This document shows positions 1 to 9,877 of a DNA stretch of 64,000 nucleotides, one piece after another. Positions within the stretch are counted from its first letter, which is position 1, and every line of letters begins with the position of its first letter. Source of the DNA: Porticoccaceae bacterium (lineage in GTDB: Bacteria > Pseudomonadota > Gammaproteobacteria > Pseudomonadales > Porticoccaceae); contig JAQXBF010000005.1 of the NCBI GenBank assembly GCA_029252555.1, forward strand, positions 114,460 to 178,459, written 5' to 3'. The notes below the pieces were generated by a model. That model had not been told where the DNA came from, searched no databases, and worked only from the letters and a program-made list of their open reading frames with translations. Position numbers and translations under genes: made by a program.

Positions 1-2
1 CA

Positions 3-449
3 GGTTGTCAGCTAGTGGCCAGCTGCGATTTGGCAATGGCTACAGAATCGTCATTATTTGCCACTCCCGGGGTTAACCTGGGTTTGTTTTGTTCAACGCC
101 AATGGTCGCTTTATCGCGCAATGTAGCGAATAAACATGCGATGGAAATGCTGCTCACGGGCGATATGATTAGTGCAGAAAGAGCTCAACAAATAGGCTTG
201 ATCAATCAGGCACTAACTGCCGATGAGTTAACGGAAAAAACCATGGAGATAGCAGCAAAAATTGCCAGTAAATCCTCCATGACTTTGGCGGTGGGCAAGA
301 GGGCATTCTATGGGCAGGCAGAAATCCCCCTTGCTGATGCCTACATATATGCCTCTCAGGTGATGGTCGATAATATGCTCAAGCGAGATGCCGAGGAGGG
401 TATCGGGGCCTTTATCGAAAAGCGCCGCCCAGACTGGCAAGACCAATAA
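3..449 (+). CDS. Enoyl-CoA hydratase/crotonase family protein (5'-partial, begins before the window)
   Basis: Frame is open from base 3 and reads GCQLVASCDLAMA...FATPGVNLGLFCSTPMVALSR...EGIGAFIEKRRP, typical crotonase motifs. Confidence 0.9.
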   Translation, partial: GCQLVASCDLAMATESSLFATPGVNLGLFCSTPMVALSRNVANKHAMEMLLTGDMISAERAQQIGLINQALTADELTEKTMEIAAKIASKSSMTLAVGKRAFYGQAEIPLADAYIYASQVMVDNMLKRDAEEGIGAFIEKRRPDWQDQ

Positions 450-457
450 TTCCGCCT

Positions 458-2101
458 ATGCCCAGCATTTTTGATCGCGACCTCGAACAAAATCAGGCTA
501 ATCACCAGCCTCTGACCCCAATAGCATTTCTTGAGCGCGCGGCAACTGTATTTCCCAACCACATTGCCGTGATTCATGGCCATATGCAGGTCAACTACGC
601 AGACTTTTATCGCCGCTGCCGCCAGTTTGCCTCAGTACTGGCCGATCGTGGTATTGGTCGTGGCGACACGGTATCGGTGATGCTGGCCAATACGCCAGCT
701 ATGTTAGAAGCCCATTATGCGGTGCCTATGTGCGGCGCGGTGCTGCATTCCATAAATACCAGGCTGGATGCCGGAGTGATTGGTTTTCAGCTGGATCACG
801 GTGAGTGCCAAGTACTGATTACCGATACGGCATTTTCCGAAACCATTGCCGCTGCCCTTGGGCAGGCCAGTGTTGAGCCACTGATCATTGATTATATGGA
901 TCCAGTTTTCCCTCAACCGGGAGACAGGTTGGGTAGTCACGACTACGAAGAATTAATGGCCTCTGGCGATGCCGACTTCCCATGGTTAATGCCTCTAGAT
1001 GAATGGGATGCTATTACCCTTAACTACACATCAGGCACCACTGGCGACCCCAAAGGTGTTGTCTATCATCACCGCGGTGCCTGCCTCTTGGCCTCAGGCA
1101 ATGCCATTATGGCTTCTATCCCTAAACATGCGGTGTATCTCTGGACATTGCCGATGTTTCATTGCAATGGCTGGTGTTTCCCCTGGACTATGTCTGCCAT
1201 CACAGGCACTCATATCTGCCTGCGCGAGGTGCGTGCCGATGCCATATGGGCGGCACTGGCAGATCATCAGGTAACCCATCTCTGTGGCGCTCCCGTGGTG
1301 ATGTCGACCATTCTGGCCGCTGAAGAGCATCACAAGCGTAAACTGCCAAAATCAGTGGAATTCTTCACTGCTGCCGCACCGCCACCGGAGTCTGTGCTGT
1401 CCGAAATGCGAGAAGGCGGCTTTAATGTCACCCACCTCTATGGCCTAACGGAAGTCTATGGGCCAGCAGTGGTCAATGACTGGCACAGCGAGTGGGATAA
1501 GCTGCCTTCAGTTGAACAGGCAACGTTAAAGGCCCGGCAGGGAGTACGCTACCAAGCGCTTGAAGGGCTCGATGTGCTTGATCCGGAGACCATGAAACCA
1601 GTGCCAAGAGATGGACAAACTTTGGGGGAGGTAATGTTTCGTGGCAATGTCGTGATGAAGGGTTACTTAAAGAATCGGCAGGCCACAGAGTATGCGCTGA
1701 AAGGCGGCTGGTTTCACTCCGGTGATCTTGGTGTGGTCTATGCTGATGGCTATATTCAGTTAAAAGATCGCTCCAAGGATATTATTATCTCCGGTGGAGA
1801 GAATATTTCATCCATTGAAATAGAAGAAGTATTACACAAGCATCCTCAGGTTGTGGCGGCAGCTGTGGTGGCGATGCCCCATTCAAAATGGGGTGAAACG
1901 CCCTGTGCATTCGTTGAGTTGGCTGCAAATGCTAAGGTTTCAATGGATGACCTGATAGACTGGAGCAAGCAATATTTGGCTAGCTTTAAAGTGCCTCGTC
2001 AATTCGTCTTTGATGATATTGTTAAAACCTCTACGGGTAAGGTGCAGAAATTTATTCTGCGCGAGCAGGCCGCAAAATTAGCTGAGGAGCTAGGGATTTG
2101 A
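458..2101 (+). CDS. Acyl-CoA synthetase (AMP-binding, short/medium-chain; DmdB/AAE-like subfamily)
   Basis: YTSGTTGDPKG P-loop, YGLTE, GWFHSGDLG, DRSKDIIISGGENISSIEIE, KTSTGKVQK. Confidence 0.9.
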   Translation: MPSIFDRDLEQNQANHQPLTPIAFLERAATVFPNHIAVIHGHMQVNYADFYRRCRQFASVLADRGIGRGDTVSVMLANTPAMLEAHYAVPMCGAVLHSINTRLDAGVIGFQLDHGECQVLITDTAFSETIAAALGQASVEPLIIDYMDPVFPQPGDRLGSHDYEELMASGDADFPWLMPLDEWDAITLNYTSGTTGDPKGVVYHHRGACLLASGNAIMASIPKHAVYLWTLPMFHCNGWCFPWTMSAITGTHICLREVRADAIWAALADHQVTHLCGAPVVMSTILAAEEHHKRKLPKSVEFFTAAAPPPESVLSEMREGGFNVTHLYGLTEVYGPAVVNDWHSEWDKLPSVEQATLKARQGVRYQALEGLDVLDPETMKPVPRDGQTLGEVMFRGNVVMKGYLKNRQATEYALKGGWFHSGDLGVVYADGYIQLKDRSKDIIISGGENISSIEIEEVLHKHPQVVAAAVVAMPHSKWGETPCAFVELAANAKVSMDDLIDWSKQYLASFKVPRQFVFDDIVKTSTGKVQKFILREQAAKLAEELGI

Positions 2102-2889
2102 ATACAGGGAAAATTGTCGGTGGATTAATCGGCGTTTTAGCAGGTGGGCCCTTCGGTGCAATATTGGGCGTGTTTGTCGGTCATCAGTTTGACAAAGGTC
2201 TCGGCGGGTTTCTAAACCCCATGTCTGCCGAGCAGCAGGAAAGCATCCGCACTGCCTATTTTGAAACATTGTTTAGCCTACTGGGGCATTTAGCTAAATC
2301 CGATGGTCGTATATCCAAAGTTGAGATTGCTCAGGCAGAGGCCTTAATGGGCAGTATGGGTTTGGATTCCAGTAATCGCCATGCGGCGATAGATCTGTTT
2401 CAGTTGGGTAGCAAAGCAGAGTTTTCTGTTGATCAAACAATGGAAAAATTTATTCTCGTCTGTGGCCGACATAATAATCTCAAGCGATCACTGCTTAATT
2501 ATCTGATCTCCCTGGCGATGGCTGACGGAGAATTGCATCCGGGCGAACAGGCTGTTTTGCAGGCTGTAGCAAAGCATCTCGGCTTTTCTGCGTCTCTGTT
2601 CAAAAAGGTTATTGATATGGTTAAAGCTCAATCCCAGTTCAGGGATTCCGGCTACCAGTCTCAGCGTCCAGATACAAAGACCCAGTTAGACTCTGCTTAC
2701 ACTGCGCTGGGGGTGAAGCCGTCGAACAGCGATGCGCAAATCAAGAAAGCCTACCGCAAATTGATTAGCGAAAATCACCCGGATAAGTTAATTGGTCAGG
2801 GTATGCCTGAAGATATGGTCAAGTTGGCGACCGAGCGTACCCAAGAGATTCAAACCGCTTACGAATGTATTGTTGCCCAGCGTAAATAA
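2098..2889 (+). CDS. djlA: Co-chaperone DjlA (TerB-like domain plus C-terminal J domain)
   Basis: N-terminal TM GKIVGGLIG..., LGHLAKSDGRIS, J-domain HPDKL; TTG start overlaps the upstream stop. Confidence 0.9.
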   Translation: MNTGKIVGGLIGVLAGGPFGAILGVFVGHQFDKGLGGFLNPMSAEQQESIRTAYFETLFSLLGHLAKSDGRISKVEIAQAEALMGSMGLDSSNRHAAIDLFQLGSKAEFSVDQTMEKFILVCGRHNNLKRSLLNYLISLAMADGELHPGEQAVLQAVAKHLGFSASLFKKVIDMVKAQSQFRDSGYQSQRPDTKTQLDSAYTALGVKPSNSDAQIKKAYRKLISENHPDKLIGQGMPEDMVKLATERTQEIQTAYECIVAQRK

Positions 2890-2913
2890 ACTAGTTTCTT
2901 TGCTTCTGCGTTG

Positions 2914-2950
2914 TTGACCTTGCAGGGCCCTCTACCTATAATGCGCGTCC
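2914..2950 (+). promoter_or_regulatory. Sigma70 promoter of the tRNA-fMet/rimP-nusA-infB operon with GC-rich discriminator
   Basis: TTGACC (2914-2919), 17 bp, TATAAT (2937-2942), then GCGCGTCC. Confidence 0.85.
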
Positions 2951-2990
2951 TCTTAAAGAGGGCGGTTTAAAGACTAAATCGCTGTGTCGG

Positions 2991-3067
<77 letters not shown>

Positions 3068-3256
3068 ATTTTTATAAGGCCTTTAAAAGGCATTGGTTTA
3101 TAAGAAAGACTGACACAAGAAGAAGTTAGTGTAGCCATGACAATTTTTGTCTATGCTTGCATTACTTAGCGGAAAAGGGAGCCCGCCTGCAATTGGCAAG
3201 CTTGATTCAGGTATTTCTGCTATGAAAATTCGCGTCGGGTCCGGCGCAAATCGAGG

Positions 3257-3318
3257 AGCCCCATTTTGGGGCTTTTCTTTAGATGTTGATAAATGGGCCT
3301 GTGGCCCATTTTTTGTTT
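3257..3318 (+). promoter_or_regulatory. rimP leader: two terminator-like hairpins just before the RBS
   Basis: AGCCCC-ATTTT-GGGGCT-TTTCTTT (3257-3280) and AAATGGGCC-TGT-GGCCCATTT-TTTGTTT (3291-3318); AGGAGG at 3321-3326. Confidence 0.65.
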
Positions 3319-3331
3319 GTAGGAGGTACCC

Positions 3332-3790
3332 ATGGCTGTGGCCGATCAAAAATTAAGGCAGCTTATACAGCCCGTGGTTGAAGCACTGGGTTGTGAGCTT
3401 TGGGGCCTGGAGCTTCAAACTGGTGGCAAGACCAAGCTGCTGCGCATTTATATTGATCGCGGTGAAGACGGCATTGGTATCGAAGACTGCGAGCGTGTCA
3501 GTCGTCAGTCGAGTGCAGTATTAGATGTAGAAGATGCTATTAATGGTGAGTACATATTAGAGGTCTCTTCACCAGGTATGGACAGGCCCCTGTATGAGTT
3601 GGGTCAATTTGAGCAGTATATAGGTGAAGATATTTCGTTGCGTTTGAGGTTTCCCTTCGAGGGGCGGCGCAACTTTAAAGGTCGACTAACAGCAGTTGAT
3701 GGTGACGAGATTGCTGTGGTGGTAGCAGACCATGAGTTTCTGTTTCCGGTCGAAGGTATAGAGAAGGCTAACGTGGTTCCTCGCTTCTGA
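3332..3790 (+). CDS. rimP: Ribosome maturation factor RimP
   Basis: LRIYID, DCERVSRQ, YILEVSSPGMDRPL; operon position. Confidence 0.97.
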   Translation: MAVADQKLRQLIQPVVEALGCELWGLELQTGGKTKLLRIYIDRGEDGIGIEDCERVSRQSSAVLDVEDAINGEYILEVSSPGMDRPLYELGQFEQYIGEDISLRLRFPFEGRRNFKGRLTAVDGDEIAVVVADHEFLFPVEGIEKANVVPRF

Positions 3791-3809
3791 GGCATGTGGA
3801 GTTTGAAAA

Positions 3810-5306
3810 ATGAGTAAAGAAATTTTAATGGTTGCTGAAGCCGTATCCAACGAGAAAGGTGTGGATCAGGGTATTATTTTTGAAGCAATTGAGCAGGCAT
3901 TGGCCATGGCTACCAAAAAGCGCTACGAAGAAGGCGCTAACATTCGTGTAGTTATTGATCGTGAGACAGGAGACTATCAGTCCTTCCGTTGGTGGGATGT
4001 GGTTGCCGATGATGAGATGGCTGAACTGGGTACTCAATTCACCACCGAAGAAGCGATCGAGCAGGATCCAACCCTTAAAGTAGGGGATACCTTCGAAGAG
4101 ACTGTTGAGAATATCGCTTTTGGCCGTATTGCTGCACAAACCGCAAAGCAGGTTATTGTCCAGCGAGTTAAAGACGCAGAACGCGATTTGATTATCAATC
4201 GTTTCCGCCACCGTGTTGGTGAATTACTCAGCGGTACCGTCAAGAAAGTCACCCGTGACCATATCGTTGTAGATTTTGGCGAGAACGCCGAGGGAATGTT
4301 GCCTCGCGAAGAGTTGGTGGGGCGGGAAATTTTCCGCATTAATGACCGCACTCGTGTAATCTTGACCGCTATTCGCGAGGAGACTCGCGGGCCTCAACTA
4401 TTAGTCTCTCGAGCTGCCCCAGAAATGCTAATTCAGTTATTCCAGATCGAAGTCCCGGAAATTGCTGAAGGTATTATCGAAATTAAGGGAGCGGCTCGTG
4501 ACCCAGGTCAGCGCGCCAAGATTGCGGTAAAGAGTAAAGACGCTCGTATCGACCCAGTGGGTGCCTGTGTGGGTATGCGTGGCGCTCGAGTTCAGGCTGT
4601 TTCTAACGACCTGGACGACGAGCGCGTTGATATCGTGCTTTGGGATGATAACCCTGCACAGCTAGTAATTAATGCCATGGCACCAGCAGAAGTTGAGTCC
4701 ATCGTGGTCGACGAAGACACCAATACAATGGATGTTGCCGTCAATGATGAAAATCTGGCCCAGGCTATTGGTAAGGGGGGCCAGAACGTGCGGCTGGCCT
4801 CTGAATTGACCGGTTGGAACATCAATGTAATGACCATTGAAGATGCCCAGCAAAAGCAAGAAGCTGAGTCATCAAACTTTGTTGAAAGCCTGATGGCAGC
4901 GTTGGATGTTGATGAAGATGTTGCCGTTGTGCTGGTTGAGGAAGGTTTTACCAGCATTGAAGAAGTTGCCTACGTTCCCTTAGAGGAAATGAGTGCCATC
5001 GAAGGCTTTGATGAAGATATTGCTGAAGAGCTCCGTGCTCGCGCTAAAGATGCGTTGTTGACCATGGCGCTGGCGAGTGAAGAACAGCTAACCAATGCCG
5101 AGCCGGCTGAAGATCTTTTGACAATGGAAGGTATGGATGCGGCACTGGCCTATAAGTTGACCGCAAAGAATATCATCACCATGGAAGATTTGGCTGAGCA
5201 GGCCGTTGATGATCTGATGGATATTGATGATATGGATGAAGAAAAAGCAGCAGCAATAATTATGACTGCTCGTGCACCTTGGTTTGCAGAAGAGCAAGGC
5301 GAGTAA
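3810..5306 (+). CDS. nusA: Transcription termination/antitermination factor NusA
   Basis: FGRIAAQTAKQVI, ARDPGQRAKIAV, DPVGACVGMRGARVQAV, AIGKGGQNVRLASELTGW. Confidence 0.99.
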   Translation: MSKEILMVAEAVSNEKGVDQGIIFEAIEQALAMATKKRYEEGANIRVVIDRETGDYQSFRWWDVVADDEMAELGTQFTTEEAIEQDPTLKVGDTFEETVENIAFGRIAAQTAKQVIVQRVKDAERDLIINRFRHRVGELLSGTVKKVTRDHIVVDFGENAEGMLPREELVGREIFRINDRTRVILTAIREETRGPQLLVSRAAPEMLIQLFQIEVPEIAEGIIEIKGAARDPGQRAKIAVKSKDARIDPVGACVGMRGARVQAVSNDLDDERVDIVLWDDNPAQLVINAMAPAEVESIVVDEDTNTMDVAVNDENLAQAIGKGGQNVRLASELTGWNINVMTIEDAQQKQEAESSNFVESLMAALDVDEDVAVVLVEEGFTSIEEVAYVPLEEMSAIEGFDEDIAEELRARAKDALLTMALASEEQLTNAEPAEDLLTMEGMDAALAYKLTAKNIITMEDLAEQAVDDLMDIDDMDEEKAAAIIMTARAPWFAEEQGE

Positions 5307-5334
5307 TTAGTCGAGCGGTAATAGAGGAAAAGTA

Positions 5335-7968
5335 ATGGCTGAAGTTACAGTAAGTGAATTAGCAAAAACCGTAGGCGCATCTGTCGATCGTTTGCTGATG
5401 CAAATGAAAGAAGCAGGTCTGAGCCACGGCTCTGCGGACGCGATCGTCTCCGATGAAGAGAAGCAAACACTGCTGGCCTATTTAAAGAGCCTGCACGGTG
5501 CGAGCTCTGCAGAGCCGAAGAAAATCACCTTGCGACGCAAGACTGTCAGCACATTAAAATCAGGCAATCGCAAAACCGTCAATATCGAAGTGCGTAAAAA
5601 ACGTACCTACGTTAAGCGCAGCGACGAAGAGCTAGAGACCCAAGCAGCCGCTGAAGCAGAAGAAAAAGCGCGCTTGGAGCAGGAAGCGGCAGCAGCTGCA
5701 GTGGAAGCCCCTGAAGTTGAAGAGGAAGCGCCAGCAGAAGAGGCCACCGTTGAGCCAACATTTGTTAGAGGCTCCGGCATTGACAATATAGAAGAAAAGC
5801 GCCAGAACGCTATTCAGAACCGACGCAATGCGGAAGTAGAAGCCAAAGCAGCTGCTGAAGAAGCGGCGAAAGCCAAGCTTGCAGATGAGGCTCGCAAAGC
5901 CGCAGAAGCAGCATCGGCGCTTGAGAGTGGCGAAGCCAAGAAAGCGGCCAAGCCTACCAAAGCAGTACCGGCCTCTGAGCCTGTGCGTGATAAAGGTCGC
6001 CGTCATGGCAAGCCCGTAGACGAAGATGAAGATAAGCTGGACAAAAAGACTGTTAAGAAGCCCATTGGCAAAGGTGGCAAGAAAAAAGGTCGCCTGCAGC
6101 TCGATGACGGTATGGACGATAGGGGCAGAAAAGGTCGCCTGCGTTCAAGCTCGGTTGCTCTCAAGGTTGATAACAAGCACACATTCCAAAAACCTGTAGA
6201 GAAAAAAGTATTAGAAATCGCGGTTCCTGACGAGCTCACCGTGGGTGATTTGGCTCAGCGAATGGCTATTAAATCTGGTGCGGTGATTAAAGAGCTGATG
6301 AAACTGGGTGTAATGGCCAATATTAATCAGGTCATCGATCAAGAAACCGCCTTCCTGGTCATTGAAGAATTAGGCCATAAAGCAGTTGCGGCTCAGGACG
6401 ACACCGTTGAAGACGAGCTGGCGAAAGAGTATGAAGCCATTAAATCTGACAATGTCGAGTCACCTCGCGCCCCTATCGTCACTGTGATGGGCCATGTTGA
6501 CCATGGTAAAACCTCACTGCTTGATTACATTAGAGAGTCTCGCGTCGCCTCTGGCGAAGCTGGTGGTATTACTCAGCATATTGGTGCCTACCATGTGGAC
6601 ACGCCTAAAGGCATGGTCACATTCCTAGATACCCCTGGACACGCAGCATTCACCGCTATGCGTGCCAGAGGTGCCCAGAGTACAGATGTGGTTATTCTGG
6701 TTGTAGCTGCAGACGATGGTGTGATGCCACAGACGGAAGAGGCGATTCAACACGCCCGCGCCGCTGGTGTGCCCATTGTTATTGCCATCAACAAAATGGA
6801 CAAAGAAGGCGCTGACCCTGAGCGTGTGACGACAGAGCTGGCCGCCAAAGATGTTATCCCTGAAGAATGGGGCGGCGATACTCAGTTTATTAAAGTATCT
6901 GCGCATTCTGGTGAAGGTACTGATGAGTTGCTTGAAGCGGTACTTCTGCAATCAGAGCTGCTTGAGCTGACTGCACCGGTCGATGTCCCAGCCCGCGGTG
7001 TGATTGTTGAATCCCGTGTTGATAAAGGCCGTGGTGTTGTGGCTACAGCATTGGTGCAGCAGGGTACGTTGCGCAAAGGTGACTTTATGTTAGCTGGTGA
7101 GAGCGTGGGTAAAATTCGTGCCATGACTGACGAAGCCAAGAAGCCCACCTTGGAAGCTGGCCCATCAATCCCTGTAGAGATTCTGGGCCTAGACGAAGCG
7201 CCAAATGCTGGCGATGAATTCTTTGTGGTTGCCGATGAGCGCAAGGCCAAAGAAATTGCCGAGTTGCGTACCACCAAGGCACGCCATGAGCGCATGTCGC
7301 GCCAGCAGGCCGCCAAGCTTGAAAATATGTTTACCGACATGGGTGCAGAGCAGGTTAACAAGCTCAACCTTATTGTGAAAACAGATGTACGCGGTTCATT
7401 AGAAGCTATCAATAGTGCACTGCATGATTTTGCGACTGACGAAGTCGCCGTAGATATCGTTGCTTCGGGTGTAGGCGGTATTACCGAATCTGACATCAAC
7501 CTGGCACTGACAACTGGTGCGATTGTGCTGGGCTTTAACGTGCGTGCTGGTGGGTCTGCTCGTGCTCTGGCCGAGAAAGAAGAGATAGAAGTGCGCTACT
7601 ACAGCGTGATCTACAACCTTCTCGACGAAGTTAAACAGGCATTGTCTGGTATGTTGGCCCCTGAAACCCGCGAAGAAATTGTTGGAATCGCCGAAGTGCG
7701 CGACGTGTTCCGTTCACCCAAGTTTGGTGCAATTGCCGGCTGTATGGTGATTGAGGGTACTGTCTATCGCAACAAGCCAATCCGCGTACTGCGTGACGAT
7801 GTGGTTATCTATCAGGGCGAGCTGGAATCTCTGCGTCGCTTTAAAGATGAAGCCGCGGATGTTCGCAACGGTATGGAATGTGGTATCGGTGTCAAGGACT
7901 ACAACGATGTTAAAGCGGGCGATCTGATTGAGGTTTACGACGTCACTCAGGTACAGCGCTCGCTGTAA
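5335..7968 (+). CDS. infB: Translation initiation factor IF-2
   Basis: [41 protein letters not shown]. Confidence 0.99.
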   Translation: MAEVTVSELAKTVGASVDRLLMQMKEAGLSHGSADAIVSDEEKQTLLAYLKSLHGASSAEPKKITLRRKTVSTLKSGNRKTVNIEVRKKRTYVKRSDEELETQAAAEAEEKARLEQEAAAAAVEAPEVEEEAPAEEATVEPTFVRGSGIDNIEEKRQNAIQNRRNAEVEAKAAAEEAAKAKLADEARKAAEAASALESGEAKKAAKPTKAVPASEPVRDKGRRHGKPVDEDEDKLDKKTVKKPIGKGGKKKGRLQLDDGMDDRGRKGRLRSSSVALKVDNKHTFQKPVEKKVLEIAVPDELTVGDLAQRMAIKSGAVIKELMKLGVMANINQVIDQETAFLVIEELGHKAVAAQDDTVEDELAKEYEAIKSDNVESPRAPIVTVMGHVDHGKTSLLDYIRESRVASGEAGGITQHIGAYHVDTPKGMVTFLDTPGHAAFTAMRARGAQSTDVVILVVAADDGVMPQTEEAIQHARAAGVPIVIAINKMDKEGADPERVTTELAAKDVIPEEWGGDTQFIKVSAHSGEGTDELLEAVLLQSELLELTAPVDVPARGVIVESRVDKGRGVVATALVQQGTLRKGDFMLAGESVGKIRAMTDEAKKPTLEAGPSIPVEILGLDEAPNAGDEFFVVADERKAKEIAELRTTKARHERMSRQQAAKLENMFTDMGAEQVNKLNLIVKTDVRGSLEAINSALHDFATDEVAVDIVASGVGGITESDINLALTTGAIVLGFNVRAGGSARALAEKEEIEVRYYSVIYNLLDEVKQALSGMLAPETREEIVGIAEVRDVFRSPKFGAIAGCMVIEGTVYRNKPIRVLRDDVVIYQGELESLRRFKDEAADVRNGMECGIGVKDYNDVKAGDLIEVYDVTQVQRSL

Positions 7969-7985
7969 TAGCGGTAGTTAGTTAA

Positions 7986-8378
7986 ATGCCAAGAGAATTT
8001 ACCAGAGCTGAGCGGGTATCAGATGCTGTGCAACAGGAGTTGGCCGTGCTGATACGCGACAATGTGCGGGACCCCAGAGTGGGCATGCTCAGCGTTACCG
8101 ATGTTGAGATCAGTCGTGACCTGGCCTACGCTAAAGTGTTCGTCAGCTTTGTGGGCGAACGCGATCAAAAGCAAATTGACGAAGGTCTGGCTGCTCTCAA
8201 TGGTGCATCTGGTTATCTGCGCAAACTATTGGCCTCAAGCGTAAAGTTGCGTATAACACCAAAGCTCAACTTCTTTTACGATGAGAGTGGTCGTCGTGGT
8301 CAGCATCTCTCCGCTCTGATTGATATGGCAGTGGCCAAAGAGTCTCCGTCTGACACCCTTGATAGCGAGGAAAGCTAG
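7986..8378 (+). CDS. rbfA: Ribosome-binding factor A
   Basis: RAERVSDAVQQEL, VEISRDLAYAKVF, LRITPKLNFFYDES. Confidence 0.97.
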   Translation: MPREFTRAERVSDAVQQELAVLIRDNVRDPRVGMLSVTDVEISRDLAYAKVFVSFVGERDQKQIDEGLAALNGASGYLRKLLASSVKLRITPKLNFFYDESGRRGQHLSALIDMAVAKESPSDTLDSEES

Positions 8379-8380
8379 AC

Positions 8381-9325
8381 TTGGCTCGCAGACGCAATCG
8401 CGGTCGTTCGATTAACGGTATCTTCTTGCTCAACAAACCTCTGAGCCTCTCGTCCAATCAAGCATTGCAGCGAGTAAAAAACCTCTTTGATGCCAACAAG
8501 GCAGGCCATACAGGTGCACTGGATCCGCTCGCCACTGGAGTGTTACCCATATGTTTGGGTGAAGCGACCAAATTCAGCCAGTTTCTGTTGGATTCAGACA
8601 AGCACTATCGCAGTACCTTTATTCTGGGTGTCGCTACTGAAACCGGCGATTGCGATGGCGACATTGTTACAGAGGCAGATGCCTCGGGGCTGACTCAGGG
8701 TCAAATCGATAGGGCTATAGAAGCCTTTCGCGGTGAAATCCAGCAAGTGCCATCAATGTATTCAGCGCTGAAGTACAATGGCCAACCTCTTTATAAGTTG
8801 GCGCGTCAGGGTATCGAAGTAGAGCGCGAAGCCCGGGATATTACAGTTTATCAGTACGAAATTATTGATTTCCGCCCCGGCTCCCAGGCTGAGCTGGATG
8901 TTGAGGTCCATGTCAGCAAAGGCACCTATGTGCGCAGTCTGGCCGAGGACCTGGGTAAGGCACTGGGCTGTGGAGCCCATGTCAGTGCCTTGCACCGTCA
9001 TATCGCTGGCCCTTTTACTCTTAGAGAGACCCTAACTCTGCCGGAGTTGGAGAAAATTCGAGAAGGTTGCGAACAACCAGCGGGCCTGGACCATTTACTT
9101 AAGCCGATGGATATAGCTGTTACTGACCGAATGGCCGTGGAATTAAACAAAATTGTGGCCGGATATTTCCAGCTGGGGCAGGAAGTAATGTCAACACAGG
9201 CCTTTCGCAATGGACAAGAAGGCGATATAGTGCGCGTCTTTCGCGAGGGTGGCACTTTTTTAGGTGTCGGAACAGTTACCGAAGAGGGTAAAGTAGCCCC
9301 GAAAAGATTGGTAGTTGAGAGTTAA
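8381..9325 (+). CDS. truB: tRNA pseudouridine(55) synthase
   Basis: KAGHTGALDPLATGVLP, QVPSMYSALKYNGQPLYKLARQG, SKGTYVRSL; TTG start. Confidence 0.98.
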   Translation: MARRRNRGRSINGIFLLNKPLSLSSNQALQRVKNLFDANKAGHTGALDPLATGVLPICLGEATKFSQFLLDSDKHYRSTFILGVATETGDCDGDIVTEADASGLTQGQIDRAIEAFRGEIQQVPSMYSALKYNGQPLYKLARQGIEVEREARDITVYQYEIIDFRPGSQAELDVEVHVSKGTYVRSLAEDLGKALGCGAHVSALHRHIAGPFTLRETLTLPELEKIREGCEQPAGLDHLLKPMDIAVTDRMAVELNKIVAGYFQLGQEVMSTQAFRNGQEGDIVRVFREGGTFLGVGTVTEEGKVAPKRLVVES

Positions 9326-9408
9326 CTGCCAAACAATTTGAGATAGGTTGTCTGTAAATATGCACGGGCAACCCGAATTTAACTAACCCGCATATTGGAG
9401 AAAATATC

Positions 9409-9678
9409 ATGGCACTGAGTGCAGAAGAAAAAGCAGCAATCGTTACTGAACACGCAACCTGCGAAAATGACACAGGTTCACCTGAAGTGCAGGTTGCACT
9501 GCTAACCGTAAACATCAATAAGCTACAGGGTCACTTTGGTGATCACAAAAAGGATCATCACTCACGTCGTGGTCTGATCCGCATGGTTAACCAGCGTCGC
9601 AAGTTGCTCGACTATTTAAAGAGCAAAGACGCAGTACGTTATTCTGCGCTGATCAAGAAGCTTGGTTTACGTCGATAA
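9409..9678 (+). CDS. rpsO: 30S ribosomal protein S15
   Basis: [38 protein letters not shown]. Confidence 0.99.
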   Translation: MALSAEEKAAIVTEHATCENDTGSPEVQVALLTVNINKLQGHFGDHKKDHHSRRGLIRMVNQRRKLLDYLKSKDAVRYSALIKKLGLRR

Positions 9679-9750
9679 GTGTTCTCGGTGCGGCTCCCCT
9701 AAATAGGTGAGCCGCATTCATTTCTAAGAGCACATAATTTAATCGCCCCC

Positions 9751-9840
9751 ATGCTATGCCCCTATCTTTGCTGATCGAGTTACTTATAGCTGTCATTATT
9801 GGCAGCTATAAGTAACCCGAGCAGCGCACAGGGTATGCAT
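9751..9840 (+). promoter_or_regulatory. Long stem-loop in the pnp 5' leader (probable RNase III processing/autoregulation site)
   Basis: GTTACTTATAGCTG (9779-9792) pairs perfectly with CAGCTATAAGTAAC (9803-9816); imperfect pairing extends to about 9751/9840; the E. coli pnp leader has an RNase III stem at the equivalent position. Confidence 0.7.
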
Positions 9841-9877
9841 AAAAGGCGCTAATTGGTAAAAATACAAAGGTAAAAAT

